From assembly GCF_028641065.1 (NCBI RefSeq), contig NC_073397.1:31248001-31312000 (forward strand): a stretch of 64,000 nucleotides of DNA, read 5' to 3'. Origin of the DNA: Leucoraja erinacea (Eukaryota). The position numbers and the translations under genes are program-made. The notes below the pieces were generated by a model. The model saw nothing but the letters and a program-made list of their open reading frames with translations, was not told the origin of the DNA and made no database searches. Within the stretch, counting starts at the first letter, position 1, and the number at the start of each line of letters is the position of its first letter. Shown in pieces: positions 46,971-60,302 of this stretch.

Positions 46971-48458
46971 CCAGGCAGCATTTATTTGGTTTTATTGCTA
47001 TAATTATCTCAGAACCATTATGAACAGGATTAAATGCTGCATTTAATGTTCAGATACAATGGTATTCCTGGATCTTACTGTTAACCCAGTCCCACCACTC
47101 TCATGTTGTGGGAAGGAACTACAGATAGACACAAAATGCGAGAGTAACTCAGCAGGACAGGCAGCAACTGTGGAGAGAAGGGATGAGTGACGTTTCAGGT
47201 GCTGGTTTACACCAAAGATGGACACGGAATTCTGGAGTAACTCAGGCAGTATCCCTGGAGAAAAGGAATGAGTCACCCATTCCTTCTACTGAGTCCTTTT
47301 TTTACCCCCAGGGTGAAAATATCAAAGATGGCATAGGTTTAAGATACAGTGGGTGCCTGGAATGCACTGCTCGGGGTGAAGGCAGATGCAATAGTGGCAC
47401 TTAGAGGCTTTTGGATAATCAAATGGATATGCAGGGAATGGATGGATGTGGATCATGTGTAAACAGATAAGAGCAGTTTGTCTTGGCATCTTGTTCGGCA
47501 CAGACTGTACGGGCAGAAGGGCCTGTTCCTGTGTTGTGCTGTACAGTTCTATGTTCTGCATCCTTTTTCTGATCTGAAGCTGAAATCCTAGACTCCAGTT
47601 TAAATTATTCTGTAACCTCTGGACTCTTGAAATAATAGACTGTTAGCCGCCCAATACTACCTCAAACCTTCTTACAGCAGGAGAAACAAGAAAAAATGTA
47701 GATGTCTTGAGCAAAACACAAAGTAACTCAGCGGGTCAAACAACAACTGTGGAGGATATGGGTAGGCGACGTTTCGGATCGGGACCCTTCTTCGAACCCT
47801 TGGAGGATCCCAAACTGAAACATTGCCTATCCTTGTCTTCCACAGATACTGCCTGGCCATGCATTCATTTCACTCCTACCATCAGGAAGAAGGGAAAGGA
47901 GTCGGGAAACAATGACCACAAGGTTCAAGAATAGCTTCTTCCCAACCTAGAGATGCTCTCTGGCCCACTGACTTACACTGGCACTTTGAGCCTTTTTTCT
48001 CTCGCCAGAAATGCTGCCTGACCCACTGAGTTACTCCAGCACTTTGTGTCTTTATTTTTCTCCAGAGATGCTGCCTGTCCCACTGAGTAAATCCAGCATC
48101 TGCAATTTCTTCCTACACAGTAATTCCAGCACTATTAGGCATTAAACCTCCAAATAAAGTCTGAACTACAGAGGCTAGGGGCCTTATGCACTTTTATTGC
48201 TTGGTTGTTTTTATGTATATTTGTATCTGAAATGTCACCTATTCCTTCTCTCCAGGGATGCTGGCTGTCCCACTGTGTTGCTCCAGTTTTTTGTATCTAT
48301 CTTTGGTGTAAACCAACATCTGCAGCACACGCAACACACGCGCGTGTTTTATTGTCATAGATCCCAGATAGAAGAATTACATTCTTATTTTCAGCAACAC
48401 TGCAGAATATGTAAACATAGTACACTGTAAACAATATAATAAACGAGAAAACAGAGTT

Positions 48459-48507
<49 letters not shown>

Positions 48508-49193
48508 TGTGTAGGAAGGAACTGCAGATGCTGGTTTAAACCAAAGATAGACACAAACATCTGGAGTAATCAGCGAGACAGGCAGCACACACACATGTGG
48601 AGGAATTAATTGGTGAGTTTTGGTTAGAAACCAAAGATAGAGACATATGNNNNNNNNNNNNNNNNNNNNNNNNNNNNNNNNNNNNNNNNNNNNNNNNNNN
48701 NNNNNNNNNNNNNNNNNNNNNNNNNNNNNNNNNNNNNNNNNNNNNNNNNNNNNNNNNNNNNNNNNNNNNNNNNNNNNNNNNNNNNNNNNNNNNNNNNNNN
48801 NNNNNNNNNNNNNNNNNNNNNNNNNNNNNNNNNNNNNNNNNNNNNNNNNNNNNNNNNNNNNNNNNNNNNNNNNNNNNNNNNNNNNNNNNNNNNTCGTTTA
48901 TTATATTGTTTACAGTGTATTATGTTTACATATTCTGTTGTGTTGCAGATATCATTGTTCTATCTGGGACCTATGACAATAAGACATTCTTGAATGTGTT
49001 TTGCTCTGATAACAAGGCTGGGCGGTGATCTTTGCTGGGCCGGGCCGGGCCGACACGAGTCATCCCCACCGCTGAGAGGCGGTGCTGCGGGGGTCCGAGG
49101 GCGGATCGAGCCGCTGAGGCGGCGGTGGGATGGCGCTGAGGAGCGGGGTAGAGGGGCCGTAAGGACCGAGGCCGAACTCCCGAGGCCGGGGCC

Positions 49194-49741
49194 ATGGACG
49201 AGGGGAGCCTGGAGGCGGCGATCGAGGTGTACAAGGGGCAGCTGCGGCAGGTGGAGGCGGCGCTGGGGGCCGAGGTGGAGGCCCAGGCCCAGGCAGAGGC
49301 CGAGGCCCAAGCCGACCTGCAGCGGCTCCGCGCCGACCTGCAGCAGCTGGTCGCCCTCACCGAGTCCAGCCTGCTGTCGGTGCGCAAGAGCCGGCTACTG
49401 GAGCAGCTGGAGCCCGCACAGGACGACGAATACGCCGCTTTCCAGGCGGCTGTGGGCGGCGGCGAGCCGGCAGCGGATGAGGAGAGCAGCCGGGAGGAGG
49501 AGGAGGAGGTGGCGGCGGCGGCGGTAGAGGAGGTGGGGGAGGTCGGCGGCACCAAGGTGCGGGCTCCCTACCGCACACCCTGGGCACCGCTGCAGTATTA
49601 CAACGCCATGATCGTGGACATGGAGAGCGACGAGCCCCCCGAGCCCACCGTGAGAGTCCTGTGGATCCACCCCACCCAGCGCGCCATGAAGCCTTGTCCC
49701 TACTATCTCACTGGCACCTGCCGCTTCCTCGACTCATGCAG
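49194..49741 (+). CDS. ZGPAT: ZGPAT coding exon 1
   Basis: GCCATGG start; MDEGSLEAAIEVYKGQLRQVEAALGA...HPTQRAMKPCPYYLTGTCRFLDSCR|gtagcc. Confidence 0.96.
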
Positions 49742-49764
49742 GTAGCCTGGAGCAAGCTGTCTCT

Positions 49765-51500
49765 CAAAAAGGATAGACACAAAAACCTGGAGTAACTCAG
49801 CGGGACAGGCAGCATCTCTAAAGAGTGATGTTTCGGGTTGAGACCCTTCTTCAGACAAAGGATTCCCTTCTCTCCAAGATAGTTATTCCAGCATTTTGTG
49901 CCTATCTTTGGTACAAACCAGCTTCTGCAGTACTTTGTTTCTACATGGAATCAAAGGATTCGATGGGCAGATCAAATGCGTGCTGGAAGCCTGGAGTACA
50001 AAAAAACAAAGATGCTGGAGATGGCAAAGATAGACACAAAGTGCTGGAGGAACTCAGCGGGTCAGGCAGCATCTCTGGAGAACATGTTTTGGATTGGGAC
50101 CCTCCTTCAGACTGAATATAGATATGATCCTCATTCAGACTTGACCCAACCCTTTCAATGTCCTCCAGAGATGCTGAGTTACACCGGCACTTTGTGTCTA
50201 GCTTTGGTATAAACCAAAATCTACAGTTTTTTGTTTCCACATGCTGGAGATACTCCTGCAGAACACAACGTGCTGGAGGAACTCAGCAGGTCAGACAACA
50301 TCTCTGGAGAACATGACTAAGAAGGAACTGCAGATGCTGGTTTGCACCGTAGATGGACACAAAGTTTTGGTTCGAGACCTTTCATCAGACTGGCTGAAGG
50401 TCTCGACCCGAAAAGTAATCTTCCCCTTTTCTCCAGAGATGCTATCTGACTTGCTGAGTGGCTACAGCTTTTTGTATCTTATCTTCTGTGGAGAACATGT
50501 TTTGGGTTGGGACCTTTCTTCAGACTGAACATGGATAGGTAACGTTTTGTGTCAGGATCTTTCAGACCCGACTCAAAACATCATCTACCAATGTCCTCCA
50601 GAGATAACTACTGCCTGACCCACTGAGTTACACCAGTACTTGACCCGCTAAGTTACACCAGCACTTTGCATCTTTCTTTGGTATAAGCCAGCATCTGCAG
50701 TTCTTTGTTTCTACATGCTGGAGATACTCCTGCAGAAAACAAAGTGCTGGATGAACTCAGTGGGTCAGGCAGCATCTGTGGAGAACATGTTTGGGTTGGG
50801 ACCATTCTTCAGACTGAATGTGGATAGGTTTAGTTTTGGGTCAGAATCCTTCTTCAGTCCTGAACCGAAGCATTGCCTATCAATGTCCTTCAGAGATGCT
50901 GCATGACCCGTTGGGTTACTCACTACTTTGTGTTGTACACAAGATTCCAGCAACTGTAGTTCCTCATGTCTACATGCTGGAGATACTCAGTGGATCTGAC
51001 AGCATCTGTGGAGGACAGGGATAGATGACATTTTGGGATGGGTCCCTTCTTCAGACTGAATTTCGATAAGATTACGTCTTGGGTTGGGATCCTTCTTCAG
51101 CCCCAATGTTTCCACTGTGGTGCTTCCTCTGGCTTCAGAATTCGCACTTCTATACTTGTCTCAAACCTCTTGCCTTTTCATCTCTGGCCTTTTTCCGACC
51201 ATCTGCCTATCAAATAACCTCCCTATCACTCGCTCCTCTTTGTCCTGCCCATTTTCTCTCCCAGCTTTCTCACCTCCAGCGCAATTACCCTGAAGAGATC
51301 CCGACCAGAAACATCACCTATCCATGTCCTACAGAGATGCTGCCTGACTGGACGAGTTACTCCAGTAATTTATGTTCTACACAAGATTCCAGCATCCTCA
51401 GTTCTTTTATGTGTATATGCTTGAGATACTCAGCGGGTCAAGCAACATCTGTGCATAGAGAAACAGTGTTTCATCAGATCATGGACTTAAAACGTTAATT
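49765..51500. repeat. Dense tandem/inverted cluster of Penelope-derived terminal-repeat fragments in a ZGPAT intron
   Basis: Recurrent ctggagtaactcagcgggtcaggcagcatctctggaga, cttcttcagactgaa and acatgctggagatactc blocks (near 50239, 50713, 50972) in both orientations. Confidence 0.75.
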
Positions 51501-53101
51501 GTTTCTCTCTCGGCAGATATTGCCTGAGCTGCTAAGTGTCCCAGGCAATGTACGTAGATCACCTTATCTTTACTTGCATGACTCAAAATCTAAGGGAGAG
51601 AGGTGTAGGTGCTCCCTGATGCATGCAGTGGAAGAATTTAAAGCTCATCCACACTATTATTTCAAATGCAGATAGGGATACAAGGGGGAAACGGATAGAA
51701 CAATTTCTCCATGAAGGATTGATAAGAAAGCATTAGAATTAACCGGTTTGTCCACGTGTATAGTTTGTATCTGTGCAATATAATTCAGGATTAAATTGCT
51801 CTTTTGCGTTAAGGTCTAGAAAATTACAAGCATCATCAAAATACAATGAGTAACTGGTTTAGATACAAAATTGTTTGGTTCTTCTCAGAGTGACCTTCAA
51901 AAGAATAAAAAATAAAATATAAACAAAATGGTATGAAGGGTGGTATTAAAATGTACTGCCATGAATCACTTTTTCAGGCATTAAATGTAAGCAGCCATTT
52001 TGACTTGCGAGCAATTGGTTGAACTATTGACAACTTTGGCATTGATCACTGTGATTTATTGTCTTGACCCATTGACCTTAAGTGACAGGACCGTATCTGT
52101 TCTCTTTCCTGTACTTCGGGGTCTCGCCCCTTCTCCCTCCCTCCAAGAACAAGGATAAGAATTATCCATCTACTCATCACCCGTCCTTTAATTCTCATAT
52201 TCAATGGACCATGCTTCAATATTTTTTAACACCCTAAATGTGATATTGTAGCCAGATTAACCTTTTTAGGATTCTGAAATGGCCGTTCCACAGGGATATA
52301 CCTGGGTTCTGCCTCCTCCAATACCCATATCTCTTCCCATGACACATCCCTATACAATTCCCCCTTCTCCCCTATCATTGCTCTAATCTCTTCAGGTTCC
52401 TTGAATGTTGTTGAGCACCATATAACCTGCATGTGGCTGCACAAGAACATCAGAGAGAGGCCTGTTGCAGTTTAACTCAGTTCTTCATTGCTGTAGTATG
52501 TATTTGTACCCACTAGATGTCCAAAATAAGTTCAGGCAGGATCATTAAATATTGCAGAATGCATTCTTTGTTTCTCACATGGTGAGGTGAAAATGAAAGA
52601 TATTCGGAGAAAGACACAAAATGCTGGAGTAACTCAGCAGGTCAGGAAACATGTCTGGAAAACATGGACAGGTGATGTTTCTATCAATTTGCATCCTTCT
52701 TTGGTAAACCAGCACCTGCAGTTCCTTATTATTAAAAGGGAAGATATCTAGTTTGATTTATAATCTCTCCAAACCATGGAGGATAGAAATTTTTCAGTGA
52801 GTCCTGATAAGAAGTGCATGTACCTGGATGCTTGTTTTGATGCCCCTTATTATTTACTAGAGACGAGGTACTTTTGTGAGATATTAGCACAACTAATGTT
52901 GATAAATGAGGGGGAAAGCAGGAGATACAAGGGATTGAAGGCCTGGATCCAATGGAGGATAAAGTAACGTTGAGGTCTATTGCCAGTCTGGGTGAGTGAG
53001 GCCTGGATTTAGACCAAAAATGTTGACTTAAATGGAAGACTAATGGAAAATGATGTATTTTGTAGCAACATTTTCAGTGCTGAAATTAATTGTTTGACCA
53101 G

Positions 53102-53235
53102 ATACTCGCATGGAGAAGTTGTGGCTATATCTGAACTACGAGAGTTTGAAGAACTGGACCTTAGTTCACTTGAAGTGGGGTCACCCTGTTTAGCTAAATT
53201 TGAAGATGACATTTGGTACCCAGCTAAAATCCTAG
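53102..53235 (+). CDS. ZGPAT: ZGPAT coding exon 2
   Basis: YSHGEVVAISELREFEELDLSSLEVGSPCLAKFEDDIWYPAKIL; ccag|...|gtgcgt. Confidence 0.95.
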
Positions 53236-54351
53236 GTGCGTACATCATTTATTAATCTAAGTCTAAGAAACTGTAACCATGTTCCCAATGGTTATTTCTG
53301 TGTAGATTATCTTAGTACTGTACCTTTTTAAGTAAATATTTTTTAAGTGAATATATCTGTGCAATAAATTCAACTTTTCGCTGCAGAAGAGATTACTTTA
53401 TCTGCTGAATATTTTAATTGCAGGATACCGGGATTGTCACTGCAACTTTGTGGGAGATATGTATGAATTTTCACTAGTTCTGTTATTTAACATAATATTG
53501 TTTATAAGAAAAATGTAAATTTATTTATCAGTGAGCTTAAATCCAGTCTGTTTTAAATTAGCATTATTATACTGCGATAGAACTATGTTACCTTTCATTG
53601 TAAATTGCACAGTGTTGTAAAGTAAGCTCTTCTAAATTCAAAAGTAAGGGAATTTGACATGATGCGTAAAGCAATGTACTGGAGGAATTCAACAGGTCAG
53701 GTAGCATTGGAAGTGTGTTTGTGCATTGCGCGGACAGAGGAGAAAGCTGAGGCAGGTACAATTGCAGCGTTTGAATTGCACGTGGACCAACATCTGAATA
53801 GGAAAGGTTCTTCGGAGAAATGGGCCAAATGCAGGCAAGTGGGTTTATCATAGAATGTGAGTACATAATTGTGCTTTGGCTAATCCTTTGTAGGTAGCAA
53901 GTCAGCAGGCAAGTGAAATTAGTTTGAGAGTTTATGTGATAAAAGAATATCACCATTCGTGGCCTACTTGCTTATTTCTGCAGTTAAATTCTATTGTTCC
54001 AGTTCCAAATGACAAAAGATTAAAAATAATAATGTGAAATCTCACAGGCTACGGTATCTGTTTAGAAGCAGTATATAGAAAAAGTGTAAAATGTGTAAGC
54101 TGCAGCACCATGTATATTAGTTATGACTTATACATAGTTTAAGAAATATAATTACAGTTTCTGCCCTTCAGTTCTATGATTTAGGCCACTACTATTAAGT
54201 TCTGTTTGTACAAAATATACAACACTATAGCTGTCCAACCTCAGTTGTTTTATCTTGCTTTTTAAATTATAAAATCTAAAATACTGCATATTTTGATATT
54301 TGCTTTGAATGAGCTTATATTTGAGCATTGTGTTTGGGAAAAACCTAGCTA

Positions 54352-56164
54352 CAGGTGCACAACCTTTTATCCGAAAAGCCTTGGGGTTAGAGTGACATTT
54401 TTTCGTAATTCATCATTTTTTCGGCTTTCATAATGGAAAGATTTTTAGCGTAGACTTTCTAACGTTCGAATTCTGGCTGCATGCTATATTATTAAAGTCT
54501 ACTTTGTGCAATATTTGATGAAGGTCGTGAGTTTGCCCCTCCTTTCCCGGCAGTTACCATTCTGCGATCGCGTTTTCCTTCAATCTTCAAGGAACATTTT
54601 TTCTTGCAGAATATGGAGAGAATATAGCAGGGTTAGGCTGGGATCATTCTCTGCGAGATAATCTTAGTGCGGGAGAACAAGATGTAAGAGAGGTGTACTG
54701 ACTGTGTGGGCAATGCCTTTAGAAAAGTTTGTATTTATGAATGCCCACCATTCTCAAAAAGCCGCTGTTGTCTCCCTGTCCCTCCAACTACAGAGGAATC
54801 CGACTGCCTTCGATGCGCCGCTACGGCGACAAGTGGCAGTTCTTCCCACAGCCCGAGCTGAGGGTCGCCCCCTCATCCGCAAAACCCGGGTTCCTCTGGA
54901 GTTGGAGCGGGGCTGGGCTAGAGAAGTCTCTGGGATCTCCGTGCTTGCAGTGGGCCTGGGGGTCGAGTATTAATTTTGCCCCGATGAGGGGGTGCAGCTT
55001 GGGCTGTGGGCGACCTGCCACGTCGCCGTAGCGGCGCATCGGGGAGCGGCTTCTGGTGGTCCTGACGTCTCTCAGCTCCTGTCCGGGGGACGGCCGGAGA
55101 CATCAGGACCAACAGGAACCCGCTCCCCGATGCATGCCGCTACAGCGACAACTTGGCATAAGTTCGCCCTACAGCCCGAGCTGACCCCTCATCCGCAACC
55201 TGTGGTTCCTCTGTTGACCATTTCTTTGGAGCGGGGCTGGGCTAGAGTTTGCTGCTGGCTGCTAAAAAAATTTCTGGGATTACATTTATTCCGTCACAGT
55301 TTTGCACTGGGGAGTGTCCCGTTGGTCCATCTTCCAGTCTTCCAGGCCACCACACCCTGGACTGGATGAGACTGGGAACTGAACTGCCCTTGTCCCCCTC
55401 CCTCTTAATAACTGCACAAACAACTCCACAGTTCCCAGTCTCAGCTCCTGTACAGGGGGGTGGCCGGAGACGACACAGCCCGAGCTGCGCCCCCTCATCC
55501 GCAACCTCAAGACCAAGACGCACCTTGCACACCATCAGCTTCTGTCCCTACGGGGGGCGTGTTCCTCTGTACTTGGAGTGGGGCTGGGCTGCTGCTGGCT
55601 GTATTTGGGTCTCTGGGATCTCCGTGCTTGCAGTGGGCCTGCTAAAGGTGGCCGGTGTCCCGATTTGGTCCTGACGTCTCCGGCACGATTGGCACTCAAA
55701 CAGCTCCGAGAGAGAAAACATGTGCAAACCCCCCATTGCCGGTGCTTTAATGGGTGGGGAGCTGGAGAGGGGAGGGAAGGGGTCACACACATGGCCTGGA
55801 AGCAGAGGGGTGTAGGTGAGGTGAAACTTAAGGGAGCGACAATTTGCTGCTGCCTGCCCGCTGAGTTAAAAAGTTCTCATGCAAGACTCACGATACACTG
55901 TGTATCGTGAGTCTACCGTGGGAACTTTTTAACTGAGCGGGCAGGCAGCAGCAGATTGTCAATTATTAACCTTCCCGCGCAATATACCCTCACCTTCTCT
56001 TTTATGAATGGGGATTTAGTTCCCCTATCTTCGAGGACCGACCGGAGGTTCCGCTGTCACCTCTGCGGGCCGCCCTCGCAGAACGTTTTCAAGGACCTTT
56101 CTTCAAGGACTGAAAAAATGTCGCTATTTCGTTATTTGGAACCGGATAAAAGGTTGTGCACCTG
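54352..56164. mobile_element. Non-autonomous Tc1/mariner-superfamily (pogo/Tigger-like) DNA transposon, 1813 bp
   Basis: Perfect 22-bp TIR CAGGTGCACAACCTTTTATCCG at both ends, TA TSD, GC-rich internal sub-repeats, no transposase. Confidence 0.88.
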
Positions 56165-56563
56165 TATTTTATTATGTGCACTGCATTTAGTTTCAGGCTT
56201 CAGCCAATAGGTGGCGGGTTAGAGTGAAATTTTGATCTTGCTTTCCTATCATTTTTAAAATTTTCATTCATTGAATGAAAGTAAATTTGAACCGTAACAA
56301 CCGTAGTCTCAGCTGTACGAATTCATTCTTGCATGCTATATTTCTTAAAGTCTACTTTGTGCTTTGTATTTTGATGACACGTGTCAGAGTTTGTGTTTAA
56401 AAATAATGAAGAGCATGGGTTTAGAAAAGATAGAACCAGATGATAAAGAATAAGCATTGAATAAATTGATCATAAACTCCATGTGTAAAGCAATGCCATT
56501 TAGAAAAGTTTGTATTTATGAATGTTGGCTCGTATGTGCAAATAATTTGTGTTTTGTTTTCAG

Positions 56564-56716
56564 ATATAGATAATGGTTATTTTACAGTAAAATTTGACTC
56601 CTTGCTTCAAAGAGAAATGGTAGTGGAAGGGGATGGGATTATGCCAGTACATCGGAGTGATGAGTCTTCCTCGTCATCTAGCTCTGAGGATGAGGGTCAG
56701 CTTGGTTATGCCAAAG
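56564..56716 (+). CDS. ZGPAT: ZGPAT coding exon 3
   Basis: DIDNGYFTVKFDSLLQREMVVEGDGIMP...GYAK; ttcag|...|gtaagg. Confidence 0.95.
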
Positions 56717-57329
56717 GTAAGGCTTACAACAAAAAAGTTACAGCTATTTCTTCAGCAAACCACATCCATTGAACAGTATGATGTATTTTAAAACCGTTTG
56801 CGGGAACAGAAGGTATTTTATCAATTTAAAGCCATTATTAAGTAATGCCTACAATGTAATGTTAGGTAAGAAATTGTAAGGTGACTGGTGGTCTAGAATG
56901 TTATCAGATCATAATTCTACAATTCAATACTAATGCACAGTAATCTTTAGAAATACTTGATTTTAATTTAGTATTATCCCTGCCACACTAACAAACCAAC
57001 CTCCCTAGTTGATTCTGCATACGGACATTCTGATATTAATTTTTTGACTGTTCTGATCTATTCTGCTTCCACTATTAACATGCTTTTTGAAAAATCACAG
57101 CATTTACAGACTTTTCATAAATCTCTTCAGTTATCTATATCTGATGTTACACTTAATGACTTCAGTCGGTTATCTGTGACTTTTTAATTTGTTGACCATT
57201 TCTTCCTGTGGAGCTCTGGGATTATTACATAAATTGTTCCAATCAAGTTTGTAAAACAATACATTAGGCTGCTAAAAAACAATGTTCTGCATTTTTCTTT
57301 CCATTTATTACATTTATTTTGTTTCACAG

Positions 57330-57462
57330 TTTTGGATGCGAAACCTGGGGAGATGGAAAATTGGACAGCATCTTCCAGCTCTTCATTTGCAGGCTGGGAA
57401 GCCCACACTCGAGGCATGGGATCCTAAACTAATGATGAAGATGGGTTATGAATTTGGCAAAG
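57330..57462 (+). CDS. ZGPAT: ZGPAT coding exon 4 (G-patch start; +1 frameshift at ~57423 as assembled)
   Basis: SSSFAGWEAHTRGMGS then TAA at 57425-57427; KLMMKMGYEFGK continues in the next frame. Exon is 133 nt where 132 is required. Confidence 0.9.
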
Positions 57463-58520
57463 GTAAGGAGGTTATTACTGCCCAAATGTCCCCTGGTAGA
57501 GAAATACTTAATACTCTTGCTGAGATACAAACAAAATACTGTCCAGCACAAGATATTGGTTCTATTAATTAGTTGCATAATTATATTGACATATTGAGCT
57601 TTATGTATTAAATGTGATTCAGTTACGATATTTATGAAAGTTAATTTGCATGCAACAGATGATGCTCAGTAAATTTGTAAATGGTGAAGTTGTGTCACGA
57701 GCTGCATGCTGTTTCCAAAATTGAATTATTTAGTGCTTGCAATACTTCTATCCTTTACTTTCTACAATGGTGTAGTCTTGTCAATGAGTGATGCAATGCT
57801 GCTAAAGAAAAAATTGTGTTTATTGATAACGAAAAATGATTTGTATGTTTCTTAAATGTATACATTGTATTCCCTTTCCAAATAAATCGACTGCGCACAA
57901 GCAGTTTGGAGCCGAAATAAAAACTGAAATACACATCAGGTCAAACAGCATCTATAGAGAGAGAAATAATGTTAACAGTTCAGGTTATTGACTTTTCACC
58001 ATTGACTTTAGACTTTACTTTAGACATACAGCGTGGAAACAGGATCTATGGCCCACCGAATCTGCACTGATCAACGATCACACCGTAGGCTAACACTACC
58101 CTACACACTAGGGACTTGCTTTTTTTTTTAATCAAACCAAATTAACCTACAAACCCGTATGTCTTGGGAATGTGGGAGGAAACTGGAGCACCTGGAGAAA
58201 ACCCAAGCGGTCACAGGGAGAACATACAAACTCCATACAGACAGCACCTATAATCAGGATCGAACCTAGTGTCTCTGGTGCTGTAAAGCAGCAACTGTAT
58301 TGCTACGCCACTGTGCCGCCTTTTCAGTCAGTTCAGGTCAAGTCACTGTCACTGACTTCTCACCTTCGGCCAGAACGAGTGACTTTGTTCTCTTCTTCAC
58401 ACATTTAGCCTGACCTGCTGACTGTTTCCGACTTTCTGTTTTTTTTTTCAGATTTCCAGCATTCGCTCTTGTTTGCTCTTTGATTGCTAACTTGGGCCGT
58501 TTTTTTTTTTTTCCTTTTAG

Positions 58521-58935
58521 GTTTAGGGAAGAATGCTGAAGGTAGAGTGGAGCCAGTACACGCAGTGGTTCTACCGCAGGGGAAGTCGCTAGATCAATGC
58601 ACTGAAATCCTGCAAAAAAAGAGAGAAGGAAAACTGAACCATCTTCATAAAAAGAAGCACAAGAGGAAAGGTCAAGGCGGCTCGTGTATTAAAGAGAGAA
58701 AAACACGGCAAAATGTGTTTGACTTTTTGAATGATAAACTCCAAAGTACTGGGCAGACCAGCAGCTCGTCAGCTCAAACTGAACTTGCTAAAAGAAACAG
58801 CAAAGAATGTTACAGGGCCAGCAACAGCATGAAGAAAACGCTAAATGTCCAGCTCTTTCAGATAATGCAAAAGATAGACCATACAGAAAAGGACATTGCA
58901 AGAATTATGGAAGCACTTGCAAGAAATGTTGGAAG
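58521..58935 (+). CDS. ZGPAT: ZGPAT coding exon 5
   Basis: GLGKNAEGRVEPVHAVVLPQGKSLDQC...NVFDFLNDKL...ALARNVGR. Confidence 0.95.
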
Positions 58936-59433
58936 GTATACACCACTCTCTTTACAATTTGATCTTAATTTAAATTGGTAGTTCTGTCATGTAAATAATT
59001 CATATTGTTTAAGATAGTAGGTAGTCACTGATGAATGTGATGAAGCAGCTCAAAATTAAGAGGAGGAAAGGACCTTGTTCGGTTCCTATCAGAAAATAGT
59101 ACCCTGACATTGCATCTCTTTCTCAGCTGCTCAATGGGTAAGCTGGGTAGAATTGTCAGAATATTTCAATTGGACAGTAGTCTATAATGAAAATCATGAT
59201 ATTGGAAAACTGACAAAATGCTGAAATACTCGGCAGGTTAGACAGCATTTGTGGAATGGGAAACAGGGGTGGTGTTCCAGTTTGGAGATTTTATGTAACA
59301 AACTGCTGAAATCTTGGACAACCATGTTTAATGTGTTGGAATGAACTGCAGAAGCTGGTTTATACCAATGATAGACACAAAATGCTGGAGTAACTCAGTG
59401 GGTCCGGCAGCATCTTTGGAGAAAAGGAGAAGG

Positions 59434-59800
59434 TCAAGTCAAGTCACATTTATTTATATAGCACATTTAAAAAACAACTCTCATTGGCCAAAGTGAGATA
59501 AGAATTTGTTATAAGAATAGCACAACAAAACAAACTACATACATATATACATGTAGCCCTCACTCAGAGGACGTCAGGAAAGGCTTGGGAGTATAGATAA
59601 GTCTTTAGTCTTGACTTAAAAGAGTCGATGGAGGGGGAAGTTCTGATGGGAAGGGGGATACTGTTCCACAGTCTAGGGGCTGCAACCGCAAAGGCGCGGT
59701 CGCCCCTGAGCTTATGCCTGGACAGTGGGATATTCAACAACCCCAAGTCGGCCGATCTGAGGGGCCTGGAGGTGGAGTGGTGGGTGAGAAGACTTTTTAT
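59434..59800 (-). mobile_element. L2-clade LINE 3' fragment
   Basis: RPLRSADLGLL...GDRAFAVAAPRLWNSIP...FKSRLKTYLY; (TTGAC)n tail. Confidence 0.85.
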
Positions 59801-60267
59801 GTGGATGCTGTTTCGGACTCCTTTTCTCCGGAGATGTTGCCTGACCCCCTGAGTTATTCCAACCATTTTTAATGTTTACCACCAATTTTAGTGTCATCTT
59901 CAAATGCTTTCAATATTCAACTTTTCCAATGCCACCATGCCACGTTATTGTTCATCACGTTCACCTAACATTTATCTACATTAACTTGTGTTGGACTTCC
60001 ATTCCATGGTGTACTGGTTCTCAAGTCTTCCGGCCATGTTCTACCGTTTCATTATCCTTTTATGGAAGCACGCAGCCAACATTCCTTGACTTGCATCATT
60101 GTAATTTTCCCCCAACCACACCCTAACAAATGAATATAGCGTCCTAATACCTTAATCACCAGTAATGCCCTTTTGAAACTCGTTTATCTTGTTGCCTCTA
60201 ATTCCCATTTTAATTTCCTTACAATTGATTGCATGGCCTAGCTATTTTCTTCATTCCTTTCCAACTC

Positions 60268-60302
<35 letters not shown>

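Noticed and set aside
48340-48992. Inverted repeat flanking the N-gap at 48650-48893
   Set aside because: Two copies of a common retroposon tail next to an assembly gap; the structure cannot be trusted.
48960-49670. Several long antisense and alternate-frame ORFs
   Set aside because: Shadows of the GC-rich ZGPAT first coding exon.
49765-51500. CRISPR-like repeat-spacer array
   Set aside because: Eukaryotic context; units are degenerate, variable in length and orientation, and belong to a dispersed retroelement family.
54704-55910. Cluster of ORFs inside the TIR element as a possible transposase
   Set aside because: No DDE/D or HTH motifs; the ORFs arise from GC-rich internal sub-repeats.
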